Below are positions 1-11,541 of a stretch of 64,000 bases of DNA, in pieces (within the stretch, counting starts at the first letter, position 1; every line of letters starts with the position of its first letter). Under the pieces are notes generated by a model. It made no database searches and was not told the origin of the DNA. It was given only the letters and a program-made list of their open reading frames with translations. The translations under genes and the position numbers were made by a program. The stretch is taken from the NCBI GenBank assembly GCA_951804945.1, contig OX638153.1, positions 31,372,001 through 31,436,000 of the forward strand, read 5' to 3'. This stretch comes from Podarcis cretensis. Taxonomy: Eukaryota.

Positions 1-768
1 GATTCAGCAGTTGTCAGTTACTATTTCCACACTCTGGTGCACACCCAGTTTTGGGATAATACCTGTGCTGAAAGCATTTCCTAAGCAAAGCATGATATAT
101 AGCTAAAAATAAAATAAAACCATCCTTCCCATTACAACAAGAAGGCAGATGATAGGAAGCTACGAATGTGGAGCTGGGGGGGGGGGGGACGCTGCTGATT
201 GAGGCATGTCATATAAGCTTCTCCTGAACTTTTAATTGCACTGTAAAAAAAATGAATGCCTCCCTTCAACATGCTTGCAAGGCATGCTTGCCGCAAGAAG
301 CTTTTGGCATTGATCAAACAAACGCCACAGGCATGCCTGGTGACACATCCCCACACCTAGTGCATTACGCAGGCCCCCTCCAGCTTTACAAGGTGGAAAG
401 AAAATGACCAGTTAAGTTAAAGAGGCTTCAAAGTCTTTTCAAAAGGAAAGCTTACAATCAGACTTGCCTGTCACTGCCTGCCGGGGTACTCCAAGCCCCT
501 AACAGTTTATAGCGATGATCTTTCCCAAACTCTGCAGCCATCAAACTTTATGGTTTCCTGACTTCTGAGATGCGCAGCTAAAGACATCTCTTTATAACTG
601 CACTTAAAAGGGGGGGGGGAATGTCTCACCGGTATCTCCATGTCTCCCCTGCTGGAGCTTTACAATGGATATATGGGACAGTATCCTGGATAAGAAGAAG
701 GGAATTGGTCTGAAGCCATGAAAGGGTGCTTTATCTCCAGTGCTCTGCTTATTAATCCCAGACATGCA

Positions 769-1074
769 TAAAGGTAAAGGGACCCCTGACCATTAGGTCC
801 AGTCGTGGCCGACTCTGCGGTTTCGCCGGCTCATCTCGCTTTATTGGCCAGCATGACTAAGCTGCTTCTGACGAACCAGAGCAGCACACGGAAATGCCAT
901 TTACCTTCCCGCCAGAGTGGTACCTATTTATCTACTTGCACTTTTGATGTGCTTTCAAACTGCTAGGTTGGCAGGAGCAGGGACCGAGCAATGGGAGCTC
1001 ACCCTGTCACGGGGATTCGAACCGCCAACTTTCTGATTGGCAAGTCCTAGGCTCTGTGGTTTAACCCACAGTGC
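769..1074 (-). mobile_element. Sauria SINE
   Basis: Reverse complement of the 12470 copy, with (ACCTTT)n tail read as taaaggtaaagg. Confidence 0.9.
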
Positions 1075-1392
1075 AAGCAGAGAGAGAGAGAGGGGGGGGG
1101 CATTCTGCATGTGCTTCAGGAGCTCTGTTGGTAAAGTCACAGGGCTCAGCTGTGACACTGAAACAAGGTTCTCAGGTTATGTCTCGGCTGAAATAACACC
1201 TCTCCCCAACAGTGACAAAGCCGGTGATGTTAGAAAAAAAAGGTGTATGTGTCACCCCACCCCAATGCATGAATTTATGTGGGTGAGGCAAGCTCTTTGG
1301 TTGCAGCATGGAGTAACAATTGTATACCAGTTAGGAGTAGTGGAACCTCAAGCCCAGAGGTCAAATGCGGCCCCAAGTCCCTCTCTATAGAA

Positions 1393-1528
1393 CAGGCATC
1401 CCCAAACTTGGCCCTCCAGCTGTTTTGGGACTACAATTCCCATCACCCCTAACCACTGGTCCTCTTAGCTAGGGATGATGGGAGTTGTAGTCCCAAAACA
1501 GCTGGAGGGCTAAGTTTGGGGATGCCTC
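1393..1528. mobile_element. Palindromic hAT MITE
   Basis: Long terminal inverted repeats (CAGGCATCCCCAAACTT ... AAGTTTGGGGATGCCTC); 8-bp TSD CTATAGAA. Confidence 0.9.
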
Positions 1529-1547
1529 CTATAGAATCTTCCCGAGG

Positions 1548-1700
1548 TGGGATAGCTCAGTCTGTAGAACATGACACTCTTAATCTTAGGGCCACTGGTT
1601 CGAGCCCCAACATTGGGCAAAAGATTCCTGCAGTGCAGGGAATTGGGAATAGATGAGTCTCATGGTCCCTTTCCAACTCTTCAGCTCTATGCGTCTATAA
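1548..1700 (+). mobile_element. tRNA(Lys)-like-headed SINE with CR1-type 3' tail
   Basis: GGATAGCTCAGT A-box, GGTTCGAGCCC B-box, GGTCCCTTTCCAACTCT tail; homologous to 7481 and 7938 copies. Confidence 0.8.
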
Positions 1701-1881
1701 TTCTTTTCTCCCCATCACCAGTCCTTCCTTGTGCCCTGAGTGCCTTTGCCTGGCCGGAATGTATCCTTGAACTGTGATGATGCCTCCTGCCTGCCTGGAC
1801 AGAGGACAGACAGTGGTGTGTGCGTTTGTGTGTAGAAAATAATGCACCGCCCACTTTTGCTCCTGGTCCCACCCTCCACTG

Positions 1882-2095
1882 TTCATTTATAGACCACCTT
1901 TTTCTTCCAAGGAGCTAGAGGCCGTGTACATGGTTGTCCTCCTCCTTATTTCATCCCCACGACAACCCTGTGAGGTAGGTTAGGCTAAGAGATGGTGACT
2001 GGCCCAAGGTCACCAAGTGAGCTTCATGGCTGAGTGGGGATTCAAACCCTGGACTCGCAGGTCGTAGTCCAACACTCTAACCATTACGCCACCAC
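1882..2095 (-). mobile_element. MIR-like / CORE-type SINE
   Basis: ACAACCCTGTGAGGTAGG...CCCAAGGTCAC...ACTCTAACCA; homologous copies at ~10220, ~23245, ~61290. Confidence 0.75.
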
Positions 2096-5000
2096 TATGC
2101 ATGCAGCCTTCTGAAGTTTGCCCAGAAGGGAATACAGTATGGCTCTTGGATTGGAAAAGGCTGCCCCACCCTTGGTGCAAAGGGTTTAAGCTTCCAAATC
2201 ACATGCTCACCATTTCAGTTTCTCTTGGTTGCACAAGGAAAACTGCTGGAAAAGGCTAAGGAGACCTACAAGCCTGTCCCTACATATTAGCTCACAAACT
2301 TGGAGGGAGAGCAGCATGGGGCGGATATAATTCAAGTCTGTGTTTGACGCAATGGCAGGGAACCAAAAGGTCTGCAATTAAAAGGTAATTCTCCGAGTTG
2401 AGATGATTATTACCTTCACTCATCCCATCATTCCCACAGTACGGAGCCCCCGCGCCTGAACTTTTAAGCCGCACTTCCAGCTATCATGGTTATTAAATGA
2501 AAGAATGGAATCCTCAACAGGGTTATCATTTGCTCAGCTAGCAAAAGAGAACATCAATAAGATTCAAATGCAGCGCAAAGCTGGAAGTAACAGCGGGGCC
2601 AGCTAACAGCTTCACTCCTATCCTCAGCTGGCTACCAAACTACACACACACACACACACCACCCTCCCTCCCCGCTGCTGCCTATCTCTAAACCATCGCA
2701 TTCAATGCAATACAAATTTGCTATAAATATTATTATTTTTGCAAGATGACAGTTCCTACTTCAAACCAGGGTCTCAACATATTTTCATTGCACTCTCAAA
2801 CCTTCCTTTATTCCAGCAGATGTTCGGAATGCTTAAGGAATGCAAAACAGTGCCCCTGCTTTGGAAAATTCTGCTCCTTTGGTTGAGTCCTCTTTAATTT
2901 TGTAGCAAAGCATATCTATAAATGTACTCTCTGAGAAGCCCTTCAAGCAGTACTCCTATTTCACATTCCAGAATCCCTTTAAACAATGTCCTCTGTTCAC
3001 TATAGGCTCTTTCTCCCCTATCATTAACTGCAACTTCAAAATACATCTTTAAAGCACCAGACTCTGAGCAAATTATAATTTGATTCTGGTTAATTACAAG
3101 CAAGCTCTTTGGAACGAGAGCATACTGCACCCTAAAAACAATGCACTCAGTGTACTTATTAGTAGCTGCGCAACATACAGGGTTGCTATTAGCAATTATG
3201 AGCATTCTGATCCATCATCAGTTTTCATCCAAATCATCGGATACCAGGTTCTAAGGTTTTGGTTTTGCATTGAAAGGGCCACCCAAAATAAATCTTTGGT
3301 TGTTGTTTTTTTAAAAAAATCTTAGTTCAAATAGCACTGTCCTTTACAAATCTACACAGCCCCTGCTGAGTTTCAGGAGGACTTGCAGCAAGCAAGGATT
3401 ACAGGTCTCTGTCAAAACAGCCAGAGATAAACAGGAAAACATAAAGGTGCATGGATCAGTTCACCCTGTCAGGTCTGGAATGCAGCAGGGGTCTGCTATG
3501 ACAGACCCTAAAGCAAAGGGATATTAAAAGAGGATGGAGTACATGAAAACAAGTATCAGTCCAACAGAATATATTTAGGCCACAACTCTTCAGCCAAACC
3601 AACTGAACAGGAGACTCTTCCCAGGGAAGGCGGTGAGTGTGTTTTCCCAAGTAGAAATATCTCCCTAATAAACACATGATTACGGCTGCACAGACCACAG
3701 AAATACTTAACAATCCTGAAGAAAGACAGAAGCCCACATTACCCTCCTCAAACCAGCTCAGATGTCTTAAAACTTCAAGGGTTAGCCCCCCTTGCAGTTT
3801 CCTGTTAGAGCCTATTTTGACAATTAGAAAGATTCTTCTTCTTTGACCTTTCAGCTTTATCCGGGAGAGAGAAAACCAGCCTGATAATCATGCTACACTT
3901 GATTCTTTGCTCCTTTAATATGCATAAACTTCCCCCCCCCCTCCTAAATGCGCTGCATAGATGTCCTGTTGAACTCTGTGGAACTTGTCTCCAAATAAGC
4001 TGGTCAGGAAGATAACCAACACCTAGCTCTGGCTTCCTCCTGCTGCAACAGATTACTACAACATATCCTAAAGTGATATGTGGAAACAGACAATCAACAG
4101 GACTTACTCCCCAATATAACCTATTTCAGATAGCAGCTTAACAGCACAAACACTATGGTGTTAAATTGGAAGCAAGCCCCACTGAGTTCAAAAAGACTTC
4201 CTGCTCAAGTGAAAGGGTGCATTAGGGATGGAGTCTAAAACAGTAAGGCTGTGGAAGAGAGTTCATGCAGGAGTCGCCTCAAATTAGCAACCTGGTTTGA
4301 AGTAGGTGATTTACTTTGAATTGCAGTCTCTCAGGCCAGCAACTTACTCAGATGCCACTCAGGGAGGGGCGGTTACATCCCAGTCAGTTAGTTCCTGTCG
4401 CAGGAGAGAATCCAGATTGCTTTTGCACAGATTTTTTTTTTTAAAGCAATACTTTCCAAGGGGTAATTCATGCACAGTGACTATTTAATACAGATAAGTC
4501 TCTGAAAGAGTCAGGCACATTGCTTCAGGGCTCTGACAATTTACTTTTTTAAAACGTTCAGATTTCCACCATGGGCACTCATGACAAAGATTCAGAGTAG
4601 CATCACCCACTTCTGCTTGAATTACGGGTGGAGTCAGTCAACTCCCATCACCTGGCGAAAAGTATAAGAGTTATTGCTGTCAATTAACCAGGAACCTGGA
4701 TTTCAGGGGAATTGTGTGCAGTTACTTGCATATATATAACAGATAAGTGCATTTACTCAGGTGCAAGTGTAGGTTCCATGGGGTTTACTCCCAGGTAAGC
4801 GCGCACTGGCTGCCAACCTAACGCCACAAACTTATGCACACATGCATCGCAGCCCTGCAGAACTCACTCCTCCGAAGTGTGAACGCTGCCTTCCTCGGAG
4901 TAAGTGAATCGAGTAGGCTTTATTCCCGAGTTAATCGTACACAGAGGACGAGCTTCTTTCACATGCACCTGCCCCGAGATCGGGGATCCTGCGTCCCCCT

Positions 5001-5788
5001 TCCGAAGCAAACCCTTTTTTTGCAAGGTGAGCTGGGTTATATATTCACCTTTCTGGGAGGCAAGAAGAAGAAAGAAAAATCTTTCCTAAGGAAGGTTGGA
5101 AAACTCTCCTCCGAGCTGCACCACGGCAGCTACTTCCGAGCGTTGGGGGGCGGGGGGGGGGCTGTGTTTGGGAACTATTCCCGACGCACTTGTGGAAACC
5201 TCTCCTCTTTGGGTCCCCCTGACTCAGGCAGCACCACGACGACTTCTTTCCCCTGACCTTCCCCGTCCCTCTCCACCACCCTCTCTTCAAAACCGCGACG
5301 TCTGAGGAGAACAGCGGGGGGAACCGTCCCGTGGTCCCACCAGCGCGGGGCAAACTCGGCCCGCCGAGGCCCCCGCCCTCCCCCGCTACCGCTTAATAGC
5401 AACGTTGTTTGGGGTCTTCGATTACCAAAAGAGGGGTGGGGGAGAGCGAGAGAGGGCGATAGCGCAAAGCAACTGTTTTCGTTTCTTTACTCTCCCCCCC
5501 CCTCCTTAAGTAATCCAGCTCCCCTTCTCGACGCCGCCGGAATAAGCGCGGGCAGAAGAATCCATACGCACAAGCGGCAAAGTGGGAAACGGGCTCGAGG
5601 TAGGTGTGTGTGTGGGGGGGGGTGTTTGAAAGTCTGAGGTAACTTTTAGGAAGCGGGTGGGAAACCAGGAGAGATTACAGGTCTCTCTCCACCTCAGCAA
5701 AGTCCTGAAGAGACGAAGCAGCGCTACCCGCCTTTCCCCCCCCACCCTCAGCCCCGCTCGCGTTCCCCCGAGCCGCGCCGAGTCTTAC

Positions 5789-5885
5789 CTGCGTGGCAAA
5801 GCCTCAGGTTGCCGATGCCCCCCAGCAGCAGGAGCAGGACGATCCCGCCGGGGCCAGAAACTCCCCGGCTCCAGGCAGGAGCCAT
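5789..5885 (-). CDS. UNC5B: First coding exon (signal peptide) of a secreted or type-I membrane protein; best match netrin receptor UNC5B (tentative)
   Basis: ATG at 5885 in strong Kozak context (GCGATGG) encodes MAPAWSRGVSGPGGIVLLLLLGGIGNLRLCHA plus 1 nt, then a consensus donor CAG|GTAAGA (phase 1), inside a CpG island. Hydrophobic core is typical of a signal peptide. The end (RLCHA-G) resembles human UNC5B exon 1 as I recall it (LLLALLLCWDPRLSQA-G, also phase 1). The exon call is stronger than the gene name. Confidence 0.6.
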
Positions 5886-6248
5886 CGCTGGGCGCGGACG
5901 AGGCTGCCGCGTCTGCCGCTCTCCTGCGCCTCCTCCTGCGCCGCCGCCTCCTCGCCCTCTCCAGAGGCGCCCTCCTCTTCTGCTTCTTCCCTCGGCAGCC
6001 CTTCCAAAGCTCCAGCCTCCCCGCCCGGCGCCCCAAGACTGCCCTGCTCCCGCCGCCTCTCGCAGCCACGCTGTGGGGACGGGGGGCCGCGCAACACTTC
6101 CTCTGCCCACAGCGGGGAAAGGGGGGACCCGCCGCCGCCGCCGCCGCCGCCGCCGCGCGAGGAAGAGGGTCGCCGGTGCCGCCGAGCCGCTCCTGCGCTG
6201 CCAGGCTGGGCAGCTCCTCGCCGCTCTCCAAGTTGGTAGGAGCGGCGC

Positions 6249-6362
6249 TCAGAGGGGCAGCCACGGCTGCTGCTGCTGCTGCTGCTGCGGGGCTCTCATC
6301 GCCGGAGGCTCCTGTCGCTGCTGCTGCTGCTGCTGCTGCCGGCGCGGCGCTGCTCCTCGCAT
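6249..6362 (-). other. Candidate upstream ORF (37 aa, two Q7 tracts) in the presumed 5' UTR
   Basis: ATG at 6362 and in-frame ATG at 6299, stop TGA at 6251-6249; MRGAAPRRQQQQQQQRQEPPAMRAPQQQQQQQPWLPL. Confidence 0.4.
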
Positions 6363-7480
6363 CCTCCCCGCGCCCAGCCTCCTCCGACAGTGCCAAGGTG
6401 TCCCGCGCGCAGGGGAGCCCAGCCGCGAGAAGGGGACGGGCTGGCGGGAGGAGGAGGAGGGAGAGGAGGAGGGCTCCGCGGGAGGGGGCGGGCGACAGCC
6501 GCAGCGACAGCCGGAGCCGGGCGAAGGAAGGGGGGCGCCAGGGAGCGAGCGACGGCCCACAGGCCCACAGGCCGCGCGGAAAACACGGCGGCGGCGGCGG
6601 CGGCGGCGGGGATCGGCTCCTCAATCACGGAGCTGGAGCCTCTCCAGACGAGTTGGCGGGAGCCCCGAAGAGCAGCAGCCCGATCTCGGGCACGTGTGTA
6701 TTCAGAAGTTTCAGGCTGCTTTCCCCCCTCCCTTTTGTAAACCGCTGTGGGGTCTTTAAGGTGCATAAATGTTATGAAATGGACGGATACGCGCTGCCTT
6801 GGTTGAAGAGCATTTCCCTTAACGCACGACATTCTTGCAATCCCCACTTCCCCCCACTTTTCAGTTATTTCTGCTGCAAAGCTCCGGCGCCGTGGACCAT
6901 AAACGCGCGCTCTTAACCACCGTTTCAGAGTCACTCGGGACACGGGTAATGTTTGGATTTGGCGCGTCAGAAGAGGTTCTCCGAAGGGTGGCGATTGGCG
7001 AGCCTCTCCACTGCGCCTGGGAAGCAATAGGTCCCGTTGGTACCTAAGGAATGGCTCCGTGTGCCAGGCTCTTCCCCTTCACCCTGCGTGCCCGTGTTCC
7101 GTGCGTGATGCTCTGCTTCCTAACTTAATTGAATGTAAGAGATCCCACTGAAAGTCAATTTCACTTCCAAGCATAGGTTGAGGATTTGGGTACGGTTAGT
7201 TTGGCCACTATCCCTCTGCACCTTCACTTGACTAGCTTTTCCTATTATCAACTCTGGTGCTAAGGTAAAAGAGAACTTATTCCCAGGTAAATTTAAGATG
7301 TGGGCTGTGAAGGTGACAACATGGAGATGGAATTATGATTTTTACTTTTGCATTCCTCCTCCCTGACTGAAATCACCGATTTTTTTTAAAAAAAAAACAT
7401 TAAGGAAGCAGTGCCGATAATTCAGAGCTATGCCCGTCCTGTGTAATATGAGGCAATGGTTTCCAAAAAATGTGATCCCT

Positions 7481-7626
7481 GGGCCAAATAGCTCAGTTGG
7501 TAGAGCATGGGACTCTTAATCTAAAGATCATGGGTTGGAGCCCCATACTGGGCAAAAGATTGCTGCATTGCAGAGGGTTGGACTAGATGACCCTCATGAT
7601 CCCTTCCAACTCTACAATTCTATGAA
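7481..7626 (+). mobile_element. tRNA-derived SINE with CR1-type tail
   Basis: TAGCTCAGTTGGTAGAGCATGGGACTCTTAATC head; CCCTTCCAACTCTACAATTCTATGA tail. Confidence 0.8.
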
Positions 7627-7937
7627 TTCAGTGATATACAAGTGTCTGGTACAGTTTCAAGGGGACCTTGAAACTATGCTGCAAACAAATGTTTCTTTGA
7701 ATTTTCCACCACATGCTAAAGAGACAAGCCACTTTCCAGTTCCAACTTTATAGAGTGGTTTGTCTCTTCAGCTGTGCAAGTGACTGTGGAGCCTTAAACT
7801 TCATTGATGCAACTCAATAACCCTGTGATGGTAAACGCACTGAAAACTCTCCCTGATGTCAGCAATCCTTATTTCTAAGCAAACATAGGATTTCATTGCA
7901 CACGGGTGCTATTGTCATTTGTCGCACACTTTATGGG

Positions 7938-8089
7938 TCGTAGAATCATAGAATTGTAGGGTTAGAAGGGACCACAAGGGTCTTCTAGTCCAACCCTCTG
8001 CAATGCAGAAATATTTTGCCCAACGTGGGGCTCAAACCCACAACCCTGAGATTAAGAGTATTGTGCTCTTCCAGTTGAGCTATCCCAGC
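7938..8089 (-). mobile_element. tRNA-derived SINE with CR1-type tail
   Basis: Reverse-complement homolog of 7481-7626 (tagaatcatagaattgtag ... tgagctatccc). Confidence 0.8.
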
Positions 8090-8136
8090 TGCTGTCACTT
8101 CTGCTCTATGTACAGCACCTAACACAAGGATGGGGA

Positions 8137-8516
8137 CAGGGCCGTCTTAAGTATATTCGGCACCATGGTGCAAAGCTCCCTCCGGTGCCCAGCCCCCTGT
8201 TTCCCAGAGTTTTTATAGGGAGGACGGCGCTGCCAGCGGGGCTGGAGGAGGCAGGCAGCAGCTGGAGGGCGGCTCCTCCAGCGGGGAAGAGGCAGAGGCT
8301 GGAGGCGGCACCTCCCAGCTCAGCTGGCCGCTTCGTGCCATGGTGGCCACGGCAGACGGAGGCTCCGGGCGTGGCGCTGCTTTGATGCGGCATGGCGAGG
8401 GCAGTGAGCTGATGCTGGGAAGCACTGCGTCCAGCCTCCACCTCTTCCCTGGCGCCCTGCAGAACTTGGTGTCCTGGTGCCCCGCTCCACTAGCCTCTAT
8501 GGGTAAGATGCCCCTG
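8137..8516. mobile_element. GC-rich hAT non-autonomous element nested in another MITE
   Basis: TIRs CAGGGCCGTCTTA / TAAGATGCCCCTG; perfect 8-bp TSD GATGGGGA (8129-8136 and 8517-8524). Confidence 0.88.
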
Positions 8517-8681
8517 GATGGGGAACCTGCCCCCTGGCCATGCTGACTGGAGCAGATAGGAGTTGGACTGCAACAGCAACAGAGGACCACAGCCCTCCAC
8601 CCCTGATCTAGTATGTAGATGCTAAAATAAACATGAAATACTAGTCATTGTTCTTTGGCTTCACTGTACCAGTCTTCTTGA

Positions 8682-8940
8682 GGGCTGATCTATACATAAC
8701 CTGAGCAACTGCTTCCACATGTGGCAATTTTCGACTATCTCTATAACATGTAATAGGAACTACTACCTAACAAACAAACAGTGCAAGAAGTTTCTACGTC
8801 ACTGCTGGGTGTACCGAGAAGAGTATGTCACTGGTGTGGAAACTTCTCTGGGTCATCGGGAGTTGTTGCCATGTGAGGAATGCTGTTGAACCACAGGGAA
8901 AATAGCTACTGCACAGCTCAGGTACTATGTAGATCCGCCC
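8682..8940. mobile_element. Probable PIF/Harbinger-type MITE
   Basis: Imperfect TIRs GGGCTGATCTATACATAACCTGAGC / GCTCAGGTACTATGTAGATCCGCCC. Confidence 0.6.
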
Positions 8941-10219
8941 TGTGATAATGACACAATCCTTAAATCAGTGAGACTTGTTTTTAAATGAAGTTGTAATCTT
9001 AAGCAAGTTAAGAAGGAAGCCACACCAACAGACCTAGCTGTGCTTAGAAGGGCAGCTTTTTTGTGCCTTTTGCTGCTGGAAACTGATAGGGTCAGAACAG
9101 AACTCTGTGTAACATGGGAGCCTGCATGGTTTTCCTAGCGGCAGAAGTGGATGTACCATTCTACCTCTTCTGTATGAAAGGACTGGTTTTTATTAAAGAA
9201 GGGCAGGCCTACAAAATTAACTGCCTGCAGGGGACTGCTAACAGGGCTGCCTCACACAGGGCACATTTCCTTCAGTAATCTTAATGGCTGCATGCAGAAA
9301 AGCAACAGAAAATGTTCTTTGTTTGTCATATGTGGGAAAGGAGACAAGAAGACTATCTCAACCCATTAATGTTCAATATCCCTAAATAAACATTCCCCTC
9401 CTTCCCCTTTCTTTCTCAAAGATGAATTTTGAAGATAGGGCTGAAAGTGTACACTTCGCTGGCTGCCCCCCATTCCCTGCTCCTTTTCTGGATGCTGGGC
9501 ACCCCTCCCCCTCCATCCCAAGCAAGTGTGCGTGTTAAGGGGGGATGCAGAGACCACAGAGGTCTCAAATGTCCAGGAAGCATCGCTGGTCGTTCTGATT
9601 TTTGTTTTGTCTGTGACAGATGGAAGCAGGCAAGATTAGCCTTAGAGGGGTGAATAAAGAAATAACCCCCTTCCTACCTCTCCACAGCACTGTTAACCCC
9701 CCCCCCCAAAAAAAAAAAAAACAGCAGCACCTGATAATCTCAAAGAGATAAGGAGAAAAGATGGACTGTTTGCACTCTGCTGACGGTTTTTAATGTGTCT
9801 TTCCTCCTGTCTAGAAAAAGGGAATGATTGCATTTTTACAGAATGGGATTTGGACAGTGGAAGAAGCAACTCCACTCTCCACAGCTCTGCGCACACTTTT
9901 CCTACCTACTTCTGATGGTGGGTGGGTCAGAAAAGCATACAGCCTGCTCCATAATGTCCATTTGTTTCACCTATATATAACCCACTCTGCCTCCAGGAAG
10001 CTCAGGGCCAATCTATGTGGAAGATCCGCAAGAATGGCCTGTCTTGAAATGCAGCTATGTGAGGGAGAGAGTGCCAGCAATTTTGGCCATAGTCATGGCA
10101 GTGGTGTGTGTGATTTTATCCTTCCACTATGCAAGTGGTGTGTGTGATTTTATCCTTCCACTATGACACATTCTCAAACACCTCCTCCCCAGCCCTCAAG
10201 CTGCAGTTAGCTTGCTGTT

Positions 10220-10440
10220 TGTTTATTTATTTGTTTGTTTGTTGCTTTTCTAGTCCACCTTTTTCTCCAAGGAGCTCATGGTGGTATACATGGTTCTCCT
10301 CATTTAATGTCCACACGAACCTTGTGAAGTAAATTAGCCCGAGTAGCAGTGACTAGGCCAAGGCTTCATGGCCATGTGGAGATTGGAACCATGGTCTCCC
10401 AGGTCTTAGTCTGACACTTTAACCACTACACCACACTGAC
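10220..10440 (-). mobile_element. MIR-like SINE
   Basis: Homologous to 1882-2095. Confidence 0.7.
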
Positions 10441-10819
10441 TCTGTGGGCTGCATGGGTGGGCTGCAGGTTCCGCTCTTTTATTACCTCAGTCACACTGGC
10501 AGCCCTCCCAGCTGCATTTCAGTAAGATAGACTGAGAGGTCCAATCATGGATTTACTGCATGAAGCTTACTTTGGCTCACACAAGGCTCCCGTGGTCTCT
10601 CACTCGGGCAATGACCGTGGCCACCATTTGCTTAAGAACAGCATGCACCAGTGCATTCTGGGTTGGCATTTGGGGCAAGAGTCTGTGGCCCTGTGCAGTA
10701 GAATGAACAGGAGGACCCCCAAACACAGCTTACCATTGCAAAGAGTGAAACAATATATATTCCTATCTAAACAAGTGGAGTCCTTCAGACCATCAAGTCC
10801 AGAGGCTTAAATTACGTTT

Positions 10820-11035
10820 ATGCGCCTTTAATGGATTGGTTGGATGCAGAGGAATGGTGGGAGGAACTAACTGGGGAACCCCCAAGGGCAGAAGGCTCAG
10901 AGCCCAGGGATTGGGGGTGGGACAACAGTGAGAGGTCAGAGGGAGAAGACTGGAAGAAGGAGGTGTTGGAAGCTGAAGAGGTAACAGAGCTTAGTGATCT
11001 GGGAGAGTTTGTGGCAGAGAGAAATCCGGCTGCCA
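10820..11035 (+). mobile_element. Probable truncated LTR-type repeat fragment (purine-rich, Trp/Glu-rich short frame)
   Basis: Abrupt GA-rich block resembling a recurrent lizard repeat as I remember it; no splice context; not database-checked. Confidence 0.4.
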
Positions 11036-11541
11036 TTACCCCTGGCTATTGACCATGCTGGCTGAGGCTGATGGGAACTTGAGTCCAATAACATCTGGGG
11101 GGCACTGTGTTGCCTATCCCTGCTTGTCTATAGCTGTCAATGAAATGTTTAGCCTCATGTCAGAAATTCACTCCCAAGGAGGGAGGGAGGCAGGGGGGAG
11201 AGAAACACACAACTCTATCAGTATAAAGTATGCAAGCGACCAACTCTCTTTTACTGCCGTCCTGAGATTTAGTAGTGACCAACTGGACTAGAGGCTTGCA
11301 CTTCCTTGGGAGGCAAGGGGGTCTTCAGATATGAGTTCCACCATAAAGTTCTCAACTCCACCACAAGCACATTTCTCTCATGTGATCAGTGAGAAGTTAT
11401 TCAGTGGCTGAGTCCTTGATGTCCAATAAGTTTTGGGCTAGTATTCAGCCATGAACAGCAGCAGCTAGAAGTCTGCCATCCCCACCAAAAAGAGGGAGTC
11501 AATAATGAGCAACTTCACAGGGTTGTTTTCAGTTGACCAAT

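Larger units (their letters stand above)
1333..2174. mobile_element. Older hAT-type MITE interrupted by three later insertions
   Basis: Ends GTAGTGGAACCT ... AGGCTGCCCCACCCTTG; internal part resembles 11542-11876 in reverse orientation. Confidence 0.5.
4780..7110 (-). promoter_or_regulatory. CpG island: promoter, 5' UTR and start of intron 1 of the minus-strand gene
   Basis: Very high GC and CpG density against CpG-depleted flanks; CCG/CGG/CTG tracts; ATTGG (CCAAT on minus) near 6994; contains the signal-peptide exon. Confidence 0.85.

Noticed and set aside
1548-1620. tRNA-like sequences here and at ~7481, ~8020, ~15205 and ~24828
   Set aside because: Degenerate stems running into shared LINE-like tails; these are SINE heads, not tRNA genes
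5657-7027. Long ORFs (419, 316, 279, 243 aa) on both strands of the CpG island
   Set aside because: Non-ATG starts, low-complexity Ala/Arg/Pro/Gly content and no domains; stop codons are simply rare in GC-rich trinucleotide repeats
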